A stretch of 63,678 bases of DNA, filler included, from an uncultured Methanosarcinales archaeon (GCA_964405295.1; 14 parts of 14 records of this genome joined end to end with filler, not necessarily neighbours in it), one strand, 5' to 3'. Counted from the whole stretch's first letter, positions 7,956 through 17,919 are shown. Numbers and translations: made by a program. Notes: generated by a model not told the origin, from the sequence alone.

Positions 7956-10013
7956 ATGGTATTACATCAAGTCCAGAAGATAATAGCTGAAGATACTCAT
8001 AGATTTAGAGTATTATGTCTAGGCAGAAGAACTGGAAAGACTTTTTTATCTGTAGTAGAACTCATAGGACAGGCTATAGGAAATGAAGATGGATTAGTTA
8101 GTTATGTAGCACCAACTTATAGACAGGCTAGAGATATAGCTTGGCAAGAACTTAAAAGGGAAACTGCATCTTATGTTGTAAGTATAAATGAATCAAGATT
8201 AGAGGTAGTGATACCTAATAAGTTTGGTGGAACTAGCACAATAGATTTAAGAGGTTGGGAAAGTATAGATTCACTTCGTGGACAGAAGCGACATTTTTTG
8301 GTTTTAGATGAAGTAGCAATGTATAGAAACTTCTGGGTTAATTGGCAAGAAGTATTAAGACCATTACTTACTGATTACAAGGGAGGTTGTTTATTTGCTT
8401 CTACACCTAAAGGTTATAATCACTTCTATGACTTATATAACCTAGAACAGACGAATGATAACTTTAAGAGCTTTCATTACACTTCTTATGATAACCCTTA
8501 TATAGATTCTAGTGAGATAGATGAGGCTAAAAGAGATATGACTGTGGATAGATTCCAACAGGAGTATATGGCTAATTTCAGAAAGGCAGAAGGATTAGTA
8601 TATCCTGAATTCAATAGAGATATTCATATAGTAGATGAAGATAAGATTCCACCATTAAAAGAAACTATTTGTGGAGTTGATTTTGGTTATACAAACCCAT
8701 CAGCAATACTTGTAATAGGTGTTGATTATGATAGTAATTATTGGATAGTAGATGAATGGTATAAGACTAAACAAACTAAAGAACAACTTATAACTGTATT
8801 AAGTGGGAAAAGCCCTAATTATGTGTATCCAGATCCAGCAGATGCAGAAGGAGTAGCTAAATTAGAAGAAGCTGGCTTTAATGTTATGGAAGTTAATAAG
8901 AATAAGATAGAGGGAATAAATAAGGTTAGAGAAATGATTAAACAGGGTAGATTAAGAGTAAAGAGAGGATGTGTTAATTTTGTAAATGAAATAGAGAGTT
9001 ATCATTACCCAGAAGACAATGCTAATGGAAATAATAAAGAAGAACCAGTTAAAGAGAATGACCATTGTTTTAGTTGGGATACTCAAATATCTATGGCAGA
9101 TGGAACTGAAAAGAATATTTATGAAGTTAAAGCTGGTGAATTTGTTAAAAGTAAGAATGGAATAAACGAAGTATTAAAGGCTTGGGTTATAAAACCTGAG
9201 AAGTTATATGAAACTACATTTTCTAATGGATATAAAGTAAAATCTACAATCGATCACAAGTTTTACACAAATAGAGGTATAATACCATTGAATGAATTGC
9301 GTTATGATGATACAATAATAGTATTAGACCAGCTTAAAATAAATCAATGGAAGAAACAATTATTTTCAATGAACAAAGATATAATTGGGATGGTAAATAC
9401 TATTGCCCAGCAGGTGGGTGTAAAGATGGTAGAAAAAGACTACATCAAGCTATTTGGGAAGAACACAATGGAAAAATACCTAAAGGGATACAAATACACC
9501 ACAAAAACAAAGACAGAAGAGATAATAGACTCTCTAATCTTGAGCTTAAAACAATATCAGAACATATGTCTGAACATTCTAAAGAAAGGTGGAGCAGAAA
9601 AGAATATAGAGAAAGAGGTTTACAAAATCTCAGAGATATTAACGACCTTGCAAAAGCTTGGCACTCTTCAGAAGAAGGTAAAAAGTGGCATTCACAACAC
9701 GGAAAAGATGTGTGGAAAGACAGAAAGAAATATAAAAAGATATGTGAAGAGTGTGGTAAAGAATATGAAACATATTATCCTAGTAGATCAAAATTTTGTC
9801 ATCAGAATTGTAGAGCAAAGTTTTATAGGAGAAGAAATAAACTTCAACATAACAGTAGAGTCTGAACATAATTATTATGCTAATGGTATTTTAGTTAAGA
9901 ATTGTATGGATAGTTTAAAGTATGCATTATATAATCACGATATAAATGCTTATAACCCTGCTATGATACAAGAGATATATCAAAACAGAAAAACAATAGA
10001 TTCATTTGATTAA
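7956..10013 (+). CDS. terL: Terminase large subunit (PBSX-like) with intein
   Basis: GRRTGKT Walker A, LVLDEVA Walker B, GVDFGY nuclease motif; the NDH/CMDSLKYA motif is split by the intein. Confidence 0.95.
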   Translation: MVLHQVQKIIAEDTHRFRVLCLGRRTGKTFLSVVELIGQAIGNEDGLVSYVAPTYRQARDIAWQELKRETASYVVSINESRLEVVIPNKFGGTSTIDLRGWESIDSLRGQKRHFLVLDEVAMYRNFWVNWQEVLRPLLTDYKGGCLFASTPKGYNHFYDLYNLEQTNDNFKSFHYTSYDNPYIDSSEIDEAKRDMTVDRFQQEYMANFRKAEGLVYPEFNRDIHIVDEDKIPPLKETICGVDFGYTNPSAILVIGVDYDSNYWIVDEWYKTKQTKEQLITVLSGKSPNYVYPDPADAEGVAKLEEAGFNVMEVNKNKIEGINKVREMIKQGRLRVKRGCVNFVNEIESYHYPEDNANGNNKEEPVKENDHCFSWDTQISMADGTEKNIYEVKAGEFVKSKNGINEVLKAWVIKPEKLYETTFSNGYKVKSTIDHKFYTNRGIIPLNELRYDDTIIVLDQLKINQWKKQLFSMNKDIIGMVNTIAQQVGVKMVEKDYIKLFGKNTMEKYLKGYKYTTKTKTEEIIDSLILSLKQYQNICLNILKKGGAEKNIEKEVYKISEILTTLQKLGTLQKKVKSGIHNTEKMCGKTERNIKRYVKSVVKNMKHIILVDQNFVIRIVEQSFIGEEINFNITVESEHNYYANGILVKNCMDSLKYALYNHDINAYNPAMIQEIYQNRKTIDSFD
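9288..9316 (+). promoter_or_regulatory. Predicted sigma70 promoter inside the intein
   Basis: TTGAAT, 17-bp spacer, TG-n-TACAAT, 30 bp upstream of the HNH ATG. Confidence 0.6.
9347..9865 (+). CDS. HNH homing endonuclease in an alternative frame within the intein
   Basis: RLHQAIWEEHNGKIPKGIQIHHKNKDRRDNRLSNLEL...H plus C-terminal CEECG...FCHQNC zinc finger. Confidence 0.9.
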   Translation: MEETIIFNEQRYNWDGKYYCPAGGCKDGRKRLHQAIWEEHNGKIPKGIQIHHKNKDRRDNRLSNLELKTISEHMSEHSKERWSRKEYRERGLQNLRDINDLAKAWHSSEEGKKWHSQHGKDVWKDRKKYKKICEECGKEYETYYPSRSKFCHQNCRAKFYRRRNKLQHNSRV

Positions 10014-10113
10014 NNNNNNNNNNNNNNNNNNNNNNNNNNNNNNNNNNNNNNNNNNNNTTAATTAATTAANNNNNNNNNNNNNNNNNNNNNNNNNNNNNNN
10101 NNNNNNNNNNNNN

Positions 10114-10191
10114 GTGCAGTATGTGACCGGCATGGGCAACATTCGTGATGTAATCCCGTTCCCCAGGGCCCCAAGGCTAGCAGACTTCTAA
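10114..10191 (+). CDS. asnS: Asparagine--tRNA ligase, C-terminal fragment
   Basis: VQYVTGMGNIRDVIPFPRAPRLADF*. Confidence 0.85.
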   Translation: MQYVTGMGNIRDVIPFPRAPRLADF

Positions 10192-10197
10192 ACACCA

Positions 10198-10224
10198 GAT
10201 GGCGGCTGAAAAGCCGCCATTTTC
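10198..10224 (+). terminator. Rho-independent terminator
   Basis: ATGGCGGCT-GAAA-AGCCGCCAT followed by TTT. Confidence 0.75.
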
Positions 10225-10467
10225 ATGTCCGATGCAAACAAGAGAGATTTCTAGTATCGTAAAAACTCCATGCTTCGCTAGCTCATCTCTTGGCATTTTC
10301 CTGTACCTACATCGCTAAAGAGCTCCACCTTGACTCTCTACAATGATATGGTATCATCTAGTAAATAAAACTAATCATCCCTATGTAAGAAACTATTTCA
10401 TAGCTGGTCAATCTTTTCAGATGGGGTATAGTGTTATACAAGTATGTTTTAAGGAGAGTAGTGTTAT

Positions 10468-11130
10468 ATGAGTACTAGTCAAGTCGATATACGGGCAGTT
10501 GCATTTGATTATGGTGGGGTCTTAGCCTATTTCATCAGTAAAGAAACGATAAGTAAGATGGCCAAATTAGCCCAAGTTGATTACCATCCCTTTAATTCTA
10601 GCATGTGGAAGTTTCGTCATGAACTTGATTCAGGTGAATATGACAACAATCGTTACTGGGGTGCAGTCCTTGATGATTGCAATTCTCCCATATCCAGAGA
10701 AGCACATGTTACTACATTGGTAGAGATGGACCTACGAGGATTTTCCAAGATGAATCAAGGGATGCTCTGTTGGGCCAATGAACTGAAAAAATGTGGTATT
10801 GCCACTATTATTATTTCAAACATGTCCCAGTCCACATATCAAAGTCTTATGGTGGAACAAGAATGGATGAGGCAATTTGATACCATCGTTATCTCTGGAA
10901 TTATTGGCATCAACAAACCTGATAAAAGAATATTCAATCATGCAATTGAACAAACACAATTACAGGCTCATGAAATATTATTTCTTGATGATCTTCCCTA
11001 CAACGTGGAAGGTGCAAAAAAAGCAGGGTTACATTCCCTGCTCTTTTCAAATACCGATACGTTAGCTCAAGATCTGCAAAAAGGATTCCCCAACCTCCCT
11101 GTTGAAGGATTAGCTTGCTCAACCAGCTAA
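10468..11130 (+). CDS. HAD-family phosphatase
   Basis: FDYGGVL, KPDKRIF and FLDD motifs. Confidence 0.9.
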   Translation: MSTSQVDIRAVAFDYGGVLAYFISKETISKMAKLAQVDYHPFNSSMWKFRHELDSGEYDNNRYWGAVLDDCNSPISREAHVTTLVEMDLRGFSKMNQGMLCWANELKKCGIATIIISNMSQSTYQSLMVEQEWMRQFDTIVISGIIGINKPDKRIFNHAIEQTQLQAHEILFLDDLPYNVEGAKKAGLHSLLFSNTDTLAQDLQKGFPNLPVEGLACSTS

Positions 11131-11140
11131 TCGGGAGAAA

Positions 11141-11179
11141 GTGGTATGCAGGAGGCAAGTGATTGCCTCCTGTACCATC
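11141..11179. terminator. Hairpin between convergent genes
   Basis: CAGGAGGCAA...TTGCCTCCTG. Confidence 0.6.
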
Positions 11180-12832
11180 TTACAAAATATCTACCTTTCC
11201 TTTCCCAAAGATATTCATCATCAAAAGAGCCAATCCAGTAGCTAACAGTAAAATTGTAGCAAGAGCTGCTGCTGGGCCAAAATACCCACCTAAAATCCAA
11301 GCATAAATTCTAATTGGCATTGTTACCGTATTACCGACATACAGGAGAATTGAAGCCGAAAGCTCGTTAATTGAAGTAATCCAGCTCATGACTGCACCAC
11401 TAATAATACCAGGCATCATTAATGGGATAGCTATTTTCCTAAATGCCCTTGCTGGTGGCGCACCTAAGCTAATGGCAGCATCTTCCAGATCAGGATCTAT
11501 CTGTTGCAGAATAGAGGCAGCTGACCGTACAGAATACGGTAGGCGCCTAATGAAATAAGCAATGATAATAATAGCCCAAGTCCCATAAAGAATAATCGGA
11601 GGTTTGTTAAACGCAACGATTAATCCAATACCCATAACAGTACCCGGAATAATATACGGGGTCATAAGTAATGTATCGAGAATGCGGTTCATCGCATTTT
11701 GACGACGGGTAATAATGAATCCGAATAATGTTCCTAATATGACAATAAGAATGACTGCAACAATCGAAAACCAGAAACTGTTTGCAATCGCCAGAGGAAC
11801 TTCACGACTCACCTGCCTAAAGCTATCTAATCCAAATCCCTGAGCGAATACTGGGCCATTTGTGTTTTTGAAAGCAAACACAACTACAACAGCCATCGGT
11901 AAAGTACTGAGAAATACGATCAAATAGGAAACAAAGTGAGCAAAAAAATTCTTCACGCCTTCTAGCTTTACCACTGCAGATTTATAGAGAAGATTACTTG
12001 TATACTTCCTGCGTTTAGCAGCATATTTTTGAATGAATATTGCAATGCTAGCAACAAAGACAAGAATAAGGCTGATGGTAGAGGCCATGGCTGGTCGGTC
12101 TGCAATTTCACTTGTATACATATTGTATGCCATTGTTGGAAGCACTCTGAATCGTCCACCAATGATTTGAGGTGTCCCAAAATTTGCCAATGAGAGCATA
12201 AAAGCTAATAAAGCACCTGAAGTAATAGAAGGCGTTACTAAGGGAATGGTTATTTTGTAGAATCTTCTAAATGGAGTGGTCCCAATATTGGCAGCAGCTT
12301 CTTCCAATGAACGGTCTATTGTTTGAAGCCCATTAACCGTGAGTAAAAAGACAAACGGGTAATACTGCAACGAATAGACAAGTATAATCCCAAACGCTCC
12401 ATACACCGACGGCAGATTAATACCAATTGCAGATAAGCCTGCCCTCAGAAACCCATTTCTCCCAAGCATAACAATCCAAGCATATGCTCCTAAAAAAGGT
12501 GGGGTGAGAAGCGCTAGAGTAGCTAGGCTGCTTAATACAGGTGTCCCAAAAATCTTATAGCGAGTGGTAAAAAAAGCGAGAGGAACCCCAAGGATTATTG
12601 CACCTAATGTGCCACCTATGGAAACAACCAAACTATTTAGTAGCGTCTTCAAATAGTAGGGATTCTTAAAGAATGTAATGTAGTTTCCTATACCAACTTT
12701 TTCTGTTTCAATACCAATGAAGCTTTGAATAACAATATTAAAAAGTGGATAGAGAACTAAGATTATCATGACCAAGAACCCAATAACACTGATTAAAGTC
12801 CAAAAACCATGTTGACGAATCCAATTGAGCAT
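11180..12832 (-). CDS. ABC transporter permease (FbpB/AfuB-like)
   Basis: Two EAA loops (LEEAAANIG, LEDAAISLG) and many TM helices. Confidence 0.9.
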   Translation of the reverse strand: MLNWIRQHGFWTLISVIGFLVMIILVLYPLFNIVIQSFIGIETEKVGIGNYITFFKNPYYLKTLLNSLVVSIGGTLGAIILGVPLAFFTTRYKIFGTPVLSSLATLALLTPPFLGAYAWIVMLGRNGFLRAGLSAIGINLPSVYGAFGIILVYSLQYYPFVFLLTVNGLQTIDRSLEEAAANIGTTPFRRFYKITIPLVTPSITSGALLAFMLSLANFGTPQIIGGRFRVLPTMAYNMYTSEIADRPAMASTISLILVFVASIAIFIQKYAAKRRKYTSNLLYKSAVVKLEGVKNFFAHFVSYLIVFLSTLPMAVVVVFAFKNTNGPVFAQGFGLDSFRQVSREVPLAIANSFWFSIVAVILIVILGTLFGFIITRRQNAMNRILDTLLMTPYIIPGTVMGIGLIVAFNKPPIILYGTWAIIIIAYFIRRLPYSVRSAASILQQIDPDLEDAAISLGAPPARAFRKIAIPLMMPGIISGAVMSWITSINELSASILLYVGNTVTMPIRIYAWILGGYFGPAAALATILLLATGLALLMMNIFGKGKVDIL

Positions 12833-12836
12833 ACCT

Positions 12837-13796
12837 CTATTCTCCCTTGGTGCTACGAATCCTTTCACCAGTTTCTTTATTGAAAAACAAAAGCTTTTCT
12901 TTTTCTACATAGAACTCAATAGGCTCATGTTCATCCAAGATATCATTATGTTCTGAAATCTCACTGTGAACAGTTAAAATATGCCCCTCTCCTACTAAAA
13001 TACGGTAGATAACACCACTGCCAATGAAAAGAGCCTTTTTTACTTTACCAATAAAATGAACCGCTTCAGGATGTGTTTCTGCTTTACCTGACATAATTTT
13101 AGCATCAGTAGGTCTAAAACAAATTTTGCAAGATTCAGCTTTTGTTCCAGGGGGGAAGGTTGAGGAAAGTTCTTTTGGTGATTTACTCGCAATCAAGGCA
13201 GCATCACCAAGAAGTTTATTCATACTACCTACGAATGAAGAGACAAACTCATTTATAGGGTCACGATAAATTTCCCAGGGAGTTCCTACTTGCTGGACAA
13301 CTCCAAGATTCATTACAGCGATCCTATCAGAAATAACTAAAGCTTCCTCTTGGTCATGAGTTACATACACAGCAGTAGTCCCTAAACGCCGCTGGATATC
13401 AAGAATCTCTTCTCGCATGTTGAGCCTTAGCTTAGCATCAAGGTTAGACAGCGGTTCATCTAACAGGAGCAATCGAGGTGCAATAACTAGAGCTCTTGCC
13501 AAACCAACACGTTGCTGTTGTCCACCTGATAATTTTTCAGGAGTTCTCTTCTCATAGCCATTCATCTGCACCATTTCAAGAACTTCGGAGACNNNNNNNN
13601 NNNNNNNNNNNNNNNNNNNNNNNNNNNNNNNNNNNNNNNNNNNNNNNNNNNNNNNNNNNNNNNNNNNNNNNNNNNNNNNNNNNNNNNNNNNNCCTAGTAA
13701 TGTAAAAAACTCTCCTTCATTAATCGTAATATTTACGTTTTGGAGAGCTTTGACACCAGGAAAATTCTTGCTTAAATTATCTATTTGGACATACAT
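12837..13796 (-). CDS. ABC transporter ATP-binding protein (spans scaffold gap)
   Basis: [16 protein letters not shown] and YVTHDQEEA. Confidence 0.9.
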   Translation of the reverse strand: MYVQIDNLSKNFPGVKALQNVNITINEGEFFTLLXXXXXXXXXXXXXXXXXXXXXXXXXXXXXXXXXXVSEVLEMVQMNGYEKRTPEKLSGGQQQRVGLARALVIAPRLLLLDEPLSNLDAKLRLNMREEILDIQRRLGTTAVYVTHDQEEALVISDRIAVMNLGVVQQVGTPWEIYRDPINEFVSSFVGSMNKLLGDAALIASKSPKELSSTFPPGTKAESCKICFRPTDAKIMSGKAETHPEAVHFIGKVKKALFIGSGVIYRILVGEGHILTVHSEISEHNDILDEHEPIEFYVEKEKLLFFNKETGERIRSTKGE

Positions 13797-13837
13797 ACCA
13801 GCTATACTCCATCACATTTTCTTAGTAGTAAACTATA

Positions 13838-13870
13838 CACCACACAACTAAAATCAAGTTGTGTGGTGTG
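13838..13870. terminator. Intergenic stem-loop after the binding-protein gene
   Basis: CACCACACAACT...AGTTGTGTGGTG. Confidence 0.55.
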
Positions 13871-13897
13871 GTTTATTTGATAATAGTCAATTTAATG

Positions 13898-14905
13898 CTA
13901 TAACCCTAATTTCATCACTAATTCTGAGAACTGAGTAAGATATTTGTCACGGTTATTTGCAGACCAGCCAAAGTCATAATCAACAATATTCATTGTAGAT
14001 AATGCAGGAAGACCTGCAGGACTCTTAGCTCCCTTGTGTACAGGACGTCGACCCATTTTTTCAACAAGGAAGTTCTGCACTTCTGTTGATGTTGCCCAAT
14101 CGAGGAACATCTCTGCACCTGCTGGGTTTGGGGAACCTTTTATTTTAGCGACACCATCAGGAGCTGCTACAACACCATCTGCAGCATACACTATTTTGAC
14201 AGGAGCGCCACCGGAGACATATCGTTGGGCATTATCTTCAAGTGTAACACCAACAGCATATTCGCCATCAGCTACAACTCGAGGAACAGCACCGGAACTA
14301 GCTGAAAGCAAGATATCTTGCATGATAGATTCTATCACTTGCCAACCTTTTTCTTCACCATATATGGTGAGAACGTTAGCTAGTTGCATATATGCAGAAC
14401 CAGACTGAGCAGGATTAGCCATTATGAGACCCTTTTTAACTTTGGCCAGGTCAACCCAAGTCTGAGGAAACTCAGAATCTTTCAACAAGTCAGTATTAAC
14501 AATAAAAACCATTACAATAGCTGTATACGGCAACCAGTTGGTTCCAACTTTGAAGACTTTTTCAATTTGGTCCCATTCTTTAGGTTCGTACATTTCTAGT
14601 AAATCAGAGTTTTGCTCAAGAGCCTCCCCACCGATACTCCAGATAACATCCCCTTGCGGACGATTTGCTTCAGCTCTTACCCTACTTATGATTTCACCTG
14701 AACCCATTCGAATAACTTCGAGTTTTGTGTCTGGATAGGTCTTTGCCCACATTCCAGTCATCGCCTCAATAATACTCTCTTCATGAGCTGAATACGCAAC
14801 AATCTTGTTTTCTTGCTCTTTTGCTCCAGCCGCAAACAGATTGGAGGTTGCAGTTACAAAGAGAAAGATTACCAGTACAAAAACGAGAACCCTTGTTTTT
14901 TTCAT
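13898..14905 (-). CDS. ABC substrate-binding protein (Fe3+/sugar-phosphate cluster)
   Basis: Spirochaete-style signal ending LFAAGAKE; NPAQSGSA motif. Confidence 0.85.
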   Translation of the reverse strand: MKKTRVLVFVLVIFLFVTATSNLFAAGAKEQENKIVAYSAHEESIIEAMTGMWAKTYPDTKLEVIRMGSGEIISRVRAEANRPQGDVIWSIGGEALEQNSDLLEMYEPKEWDQIEKVFKVGTNWLPYTAIVMVFIVNTDLLKDSEFPQTWVDLAKVKKGLIMANPAQSGSAYMQLANVLTIYGEEKGWQVIESIMQDILLSASSGAVPRVVADGEYAVGVTLEDNAQRYVSGGAPVKIVYAADGVVAAPDGVAKIKGSPNPAGAEMFLDWATSTEVQNFLVEKMGRRPVHKGAKSPAGLPALSTMNIVDYDFGWSANNRDKYLTQFSELVMKLGL

Positions 14906-15242
14906 GAAACACCTCTTTATCATTAATATGGTNNNNNNNNNNNNNNNNNNNNNNNNNNNNNNNNNNNNNNNNNNNNTTAATTAATTAANNNNNNNNNNNN
15001 NNNNNNNNNNNNNNNNNNNNNNNNNNNNNNNNCCCCACTTTCATAAAATGTCCTTAGGAGGATAAGGATATATGAAAATGTTACCAGTAACCTACCATGG
15101 GGCAAGCCCACGTGGTTTCCTGTGCCTAATTAAATGACTAAAACGGTTAAGGATAATATTGTAACATAGGGTTCCGGGAGTTATCGCCCGGTGTTTGCGT
15201 GGTAATTAACAACGTTGGGTTCCTATATTGGATCACACCTCC

Positions 15243-15280
15243 AGTCCCGACAAGCCGGCATTAACGTGCCGGCTATTTTT
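15243..15280 (+). repeat. Repeated leader/terminator-like hairpin, copy 1
   Basis: AGTCCCGACAAGCCGGCATTAACGTGCCGGCTATTTTT. Confidence 0.75.
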
Positions 15281-15314
15281 TTTAACTAAGCACAAAATAA
15301 AAAAGGAGAAAAAA

Positions 15315-15596
15315 ATGTATTGTAGTAATTGTGGAAAAGAAATCAACAACAAGGCCTTTGTGTGTCCTAGTTGCGGAGTTAGAACAAAAAATCAAGAGGA
15401 TAAGCCAATTGGGGGATTAGGAATATTGTGTTTCTTTATCCCGGTTGTTGGACTATGTCTGTATTTGGTTTGGAAAGACGATAAACCAGTTAGAGCAAAA
15501 GGGGCAGGTAAGCCAGCTCTTTGGGGATTTAGTATCGGCATGGCATTATATATGTCAATGTTTGTTATGTCCGCCATTGTTGGGGCTGCATATTAA
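15315..15596 (+). CDS. Zinc-ribbon membrane protein
   Basis: MYCSNCG...CPSCG plus two TM segments; AAGGAG RBS. Confidence 0.85.
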   Translation: MYCSNCGKEINNKAFVCPSCGVRTKNQEDKPIGGLGILCFFIPVVGLCLYLVWKDDKPVRAKGAGKPALWGFSIGMALYMSMFVMSAIVGAAY

Positions 15597-15638
15597 TAAA
15601 TTAATTATAACCTAAAAGAAAGTGCTAGGGTAACCACT

Positions 15639-15676
15639 AGTCCCGACAGGCCGGCATGAGAGTGCCGGCTATTTTT
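15639..15676 (+). repeat. Repeated leader/terminator-like hairpin, copy 2
   Basis: AGTCCCGACAGGCCGGCATGAGAGTGCCGGCTATTTTT. Confidence 0.75.
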
Positions 15677-15692
15677 GTTTTAAGGAGGATGT

Positions 15693-17399
15693 ATGGCTCT
15701 AACTATTCAGCAAAGAGAAGATCGGAATAACCTTTTTGCAAAAGGGATGAAAAGATGTCCTAAATGTAAAGATGAGAAAAAATTAGATGAATTTGGTATA
15801 AGGGCAGGGACTTATACGGGGAGAAAGTCGTATTGCATATCTTGTGTTTCTAAATATCAAGAGAAAGCCCGCAAGGAGAGAATGGTTAAGTCTGGGAAAT
15901 TGGCGTTGAGAGATAAATTGGAACAAAGAAGGATACTATTATTAAAACATCAAATGAAAATGTGTCCCAGCTGTATGAAAGATTTACCATTAGAAGACTT
16001 TTATCACACAGAGACGGGAGACTATAATTCTTGGTGTAAGGAATGTGTTCTTAATGAAAGAAAGAGAAACCGCCATTCCCCGGGAAAAATTAAGCAATCT
16101 ATATTATTGGACTCCATGGGACTGGCATTCTGTTCCCGGTGCCATAAGTTAATGTCAATAGAAGACAAATTTTATCCCCAAGAATCGACTGGGTATAGGT
16201 ATTATTGCAAGGAGTGTTGTAAGATCATCCAGCTTTATAGGCTTAAAGGGATGCACCCAAAAGTGGTTAGGGAAGAATTAGTTAAGTTAGGACTGATGGA
16301 GTGTCGTGATTGTGGAGATATAATTCCTGATGAAGATTCACATCATCCTTATTGGTGCAGTAGGTGCGAGAGAGGCTATCATCGTGCTAGGGCTAGTAAA
16401 GATAAAAACTGCAATCGTAGGAATAGAAGCTTGGTTGCCATGGGAGTTAAATTATGTTCGAAATGTAAGACGGTGCTGCCAATAAGCCTATTTCTTCGGA
16501 AAAAGAACCTGCTTGTAGGGTATAGGTCTAACTGTAAAAAATGTGATTCCATTAATGGCAGACCCTTATCTCGCTTATCTATAGAGGATCAACTAAATGC
16601 CTTTAATATAGCTGTATGTGCATGTGGAACTGCTGATTATAAAAAGAATATGAGCATGGGCGAAAAGGGTGAGTATTATTGCAAAGAATGTACCAAAAAA
16701 AATGAATACAAAAAAATGACTCTTGCCCAGAAAAGACAAAAAAGGCGAGACGAGTTATTCAAAAGAGGATTAAGACTATGCGAGCGATGTTATGAAATAT
16801 CTGAATTATCCAATTTTCATAAGAATAAGAACTATCCTAATGAAAAAAATATATACTGTAAATCTTGTGATAAAGATGGCGTAAATAGGTGTAGAGGTAG
16901 TTATAAACTTATAGAGGCGCGGGAACTCTTGAAGTATGAGTTGCGGAAATGTTGCGCATGCTTTAATACAAAACCATTATCTGAGTTTCCTTTAGATGCT
17001 TATTTCGCTAATAGTGGGCATGGACATATATGTTTAGAGTGTTCTAAAAAAAATGCAAAGGCAAAGCGAAGAAAAAAGCAGTCTGATTTATCAGTCTCAG
17101 CATTAAGAGAATACGCCAGAAAGCATATTGGCGACCCTGGAGATAAATATATTGATTATCTTATTCCTAATGCGCGGATAGGTATTGCGCAAGAGCCGGA
17201 CTATTTCTGTGTTATAGATGGTAAGCTATTTTTACTGAAAGTTGATTTCATAAGATATGTGGAAGAAAAATATGGCATAGTGAAAAAGGCGGTCAGATCC
17301 AGATTAGATACAGGCGCAACAGCAGAACAGGCTATATTGTCGAAAAAAGAATATTCGCGAGTACGCAAGGAGGAAAGGCGTGAAAGAGAAAACATTTGA
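15693..17399 (+). CDS. Multi-zinc-ribbon protein (8 CxxC..CxxC units)
   Basis: Repeated CxxC pairs and a C-terminal HTH-like segment; AAGGAGG RBS. Confidence 0.8.
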   Translation: MALTIQQREDRNNLFAKGMKRCPKCKDEKKLDEFGIRAGTYTGRKSYCISCVSKYQEKARKERMVKSGKLALRDKLEQRRILLLKHQMKMCPSCMKDLPLEDFYHTETGDYNSWCKECVLNERKRNRHSPGKIKQSILLDSMGLAFCSRCHKLMSIEDKFYPQESTGYRYYCKECCKIIQLYRLKGMHPKVVREELVKLGLMECRDCGDIIPDEDSHHPYWCSRCERGYHRARASKDKNCNRRNRSLVAMGVKLCSKCKTVLPISLFLRKKNLLVGYRSNCKKCDSINGRPLSRLSIEDQLNAFNIAVCACGTADYKKNMSMGEKGEYYCKECTKKNEYKKMTLAQKRQKRRDELFKRGLRLCERCYEISELSNFHKNKNYPNEKNIYCKSCDKDGVNRCRGSYKLIEARELLKYELRKCCACFNTKPLSEFPLDAYFANSGHGHICLECSKKNAKAKRRKKQSDLSVSALREYARKHIGDPGDKYIDYLIPNARIGIAQEPDYFCVIDGKLFLLKVDFIRYVEEKYGIVKKAVRSRLDTGATAEQAILSKKEYSRVRKEERRERENI

Positions 17400-17652
17400 A
17401 AAAATTACCCTCGATATAGGGAAGATGCAAAGGAAACTGGTAAAAGATATATACAAAAAAAATGTTACAGTCAATGAAGCCAAACAAATACGGATGACCT
17501 ATTATAATATACTTTGGGGATTGTGCAATGTAGCCAAGCAAACCACATTAACATAATAACATTCTTCCAGGGGGTTGGCTCCATCGTCCTGGATGTAGCA
17601 GGCGGCAGGGTTTGTCAGATTTCCCTGCCGTCATAAATTTATAGGAGAAATA

Positions 17653-17919
17653 ATGAGAAAAGTGTATGTCGTACTGATACATATTGGGTGTAACCACTCT
17701 AGGAGATTATGTGAAGACATGGAGACGGAAACTATTGAGGTCAAGGAATATTTAACTGCTCTTAAAGTAAGGGATAGTATTTGTGATAAATATGATATCC
17801 CTCCTGAATCATTAGAAGTTGAACCAATGACAGATTTTATGGATAGAGTTAATAATCAAGAATTTATTTCTGATAATTACTTTATGAGCTACGTTTATGG
17901 AGAAAAAGGAGAGGGCTAA
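17653..17919 (+). CDS. Phage hypothetical protein
   Basis: AGGAG RBS; first of a tightly packed string. Confidence 0.65.
   Translation: MRKVYVVLIHIGCNHSRRLCEDMETETIEVKEYLTALKVRDSICDKYDIPPESLEVEPMTDFMDRVNNQEFISDNYFMSYVYGEKGEG

Larger units (their letters stand above)
9066..9902 (+). mobile_element. Intein, 279 aa
   Basis: N-terminal CFSWDTQISMADG, block B STIDHKF, C-terminal HNYYANGILVKN followed by Cys+1. Confidence 0.93.

Noticed and set aside
15094..15116. Palindrome resembling an IS200/IS605 end
   Set aside because: No tnpA, tnpB or iscB on the contig, and it is too near the contig edge to support.
15230..15242. GGATCACACCTCC resembling the 16S rRNA 3' end
   Set aside because: It has a 2-nt insertion and no other rRNA sequence is nearby.
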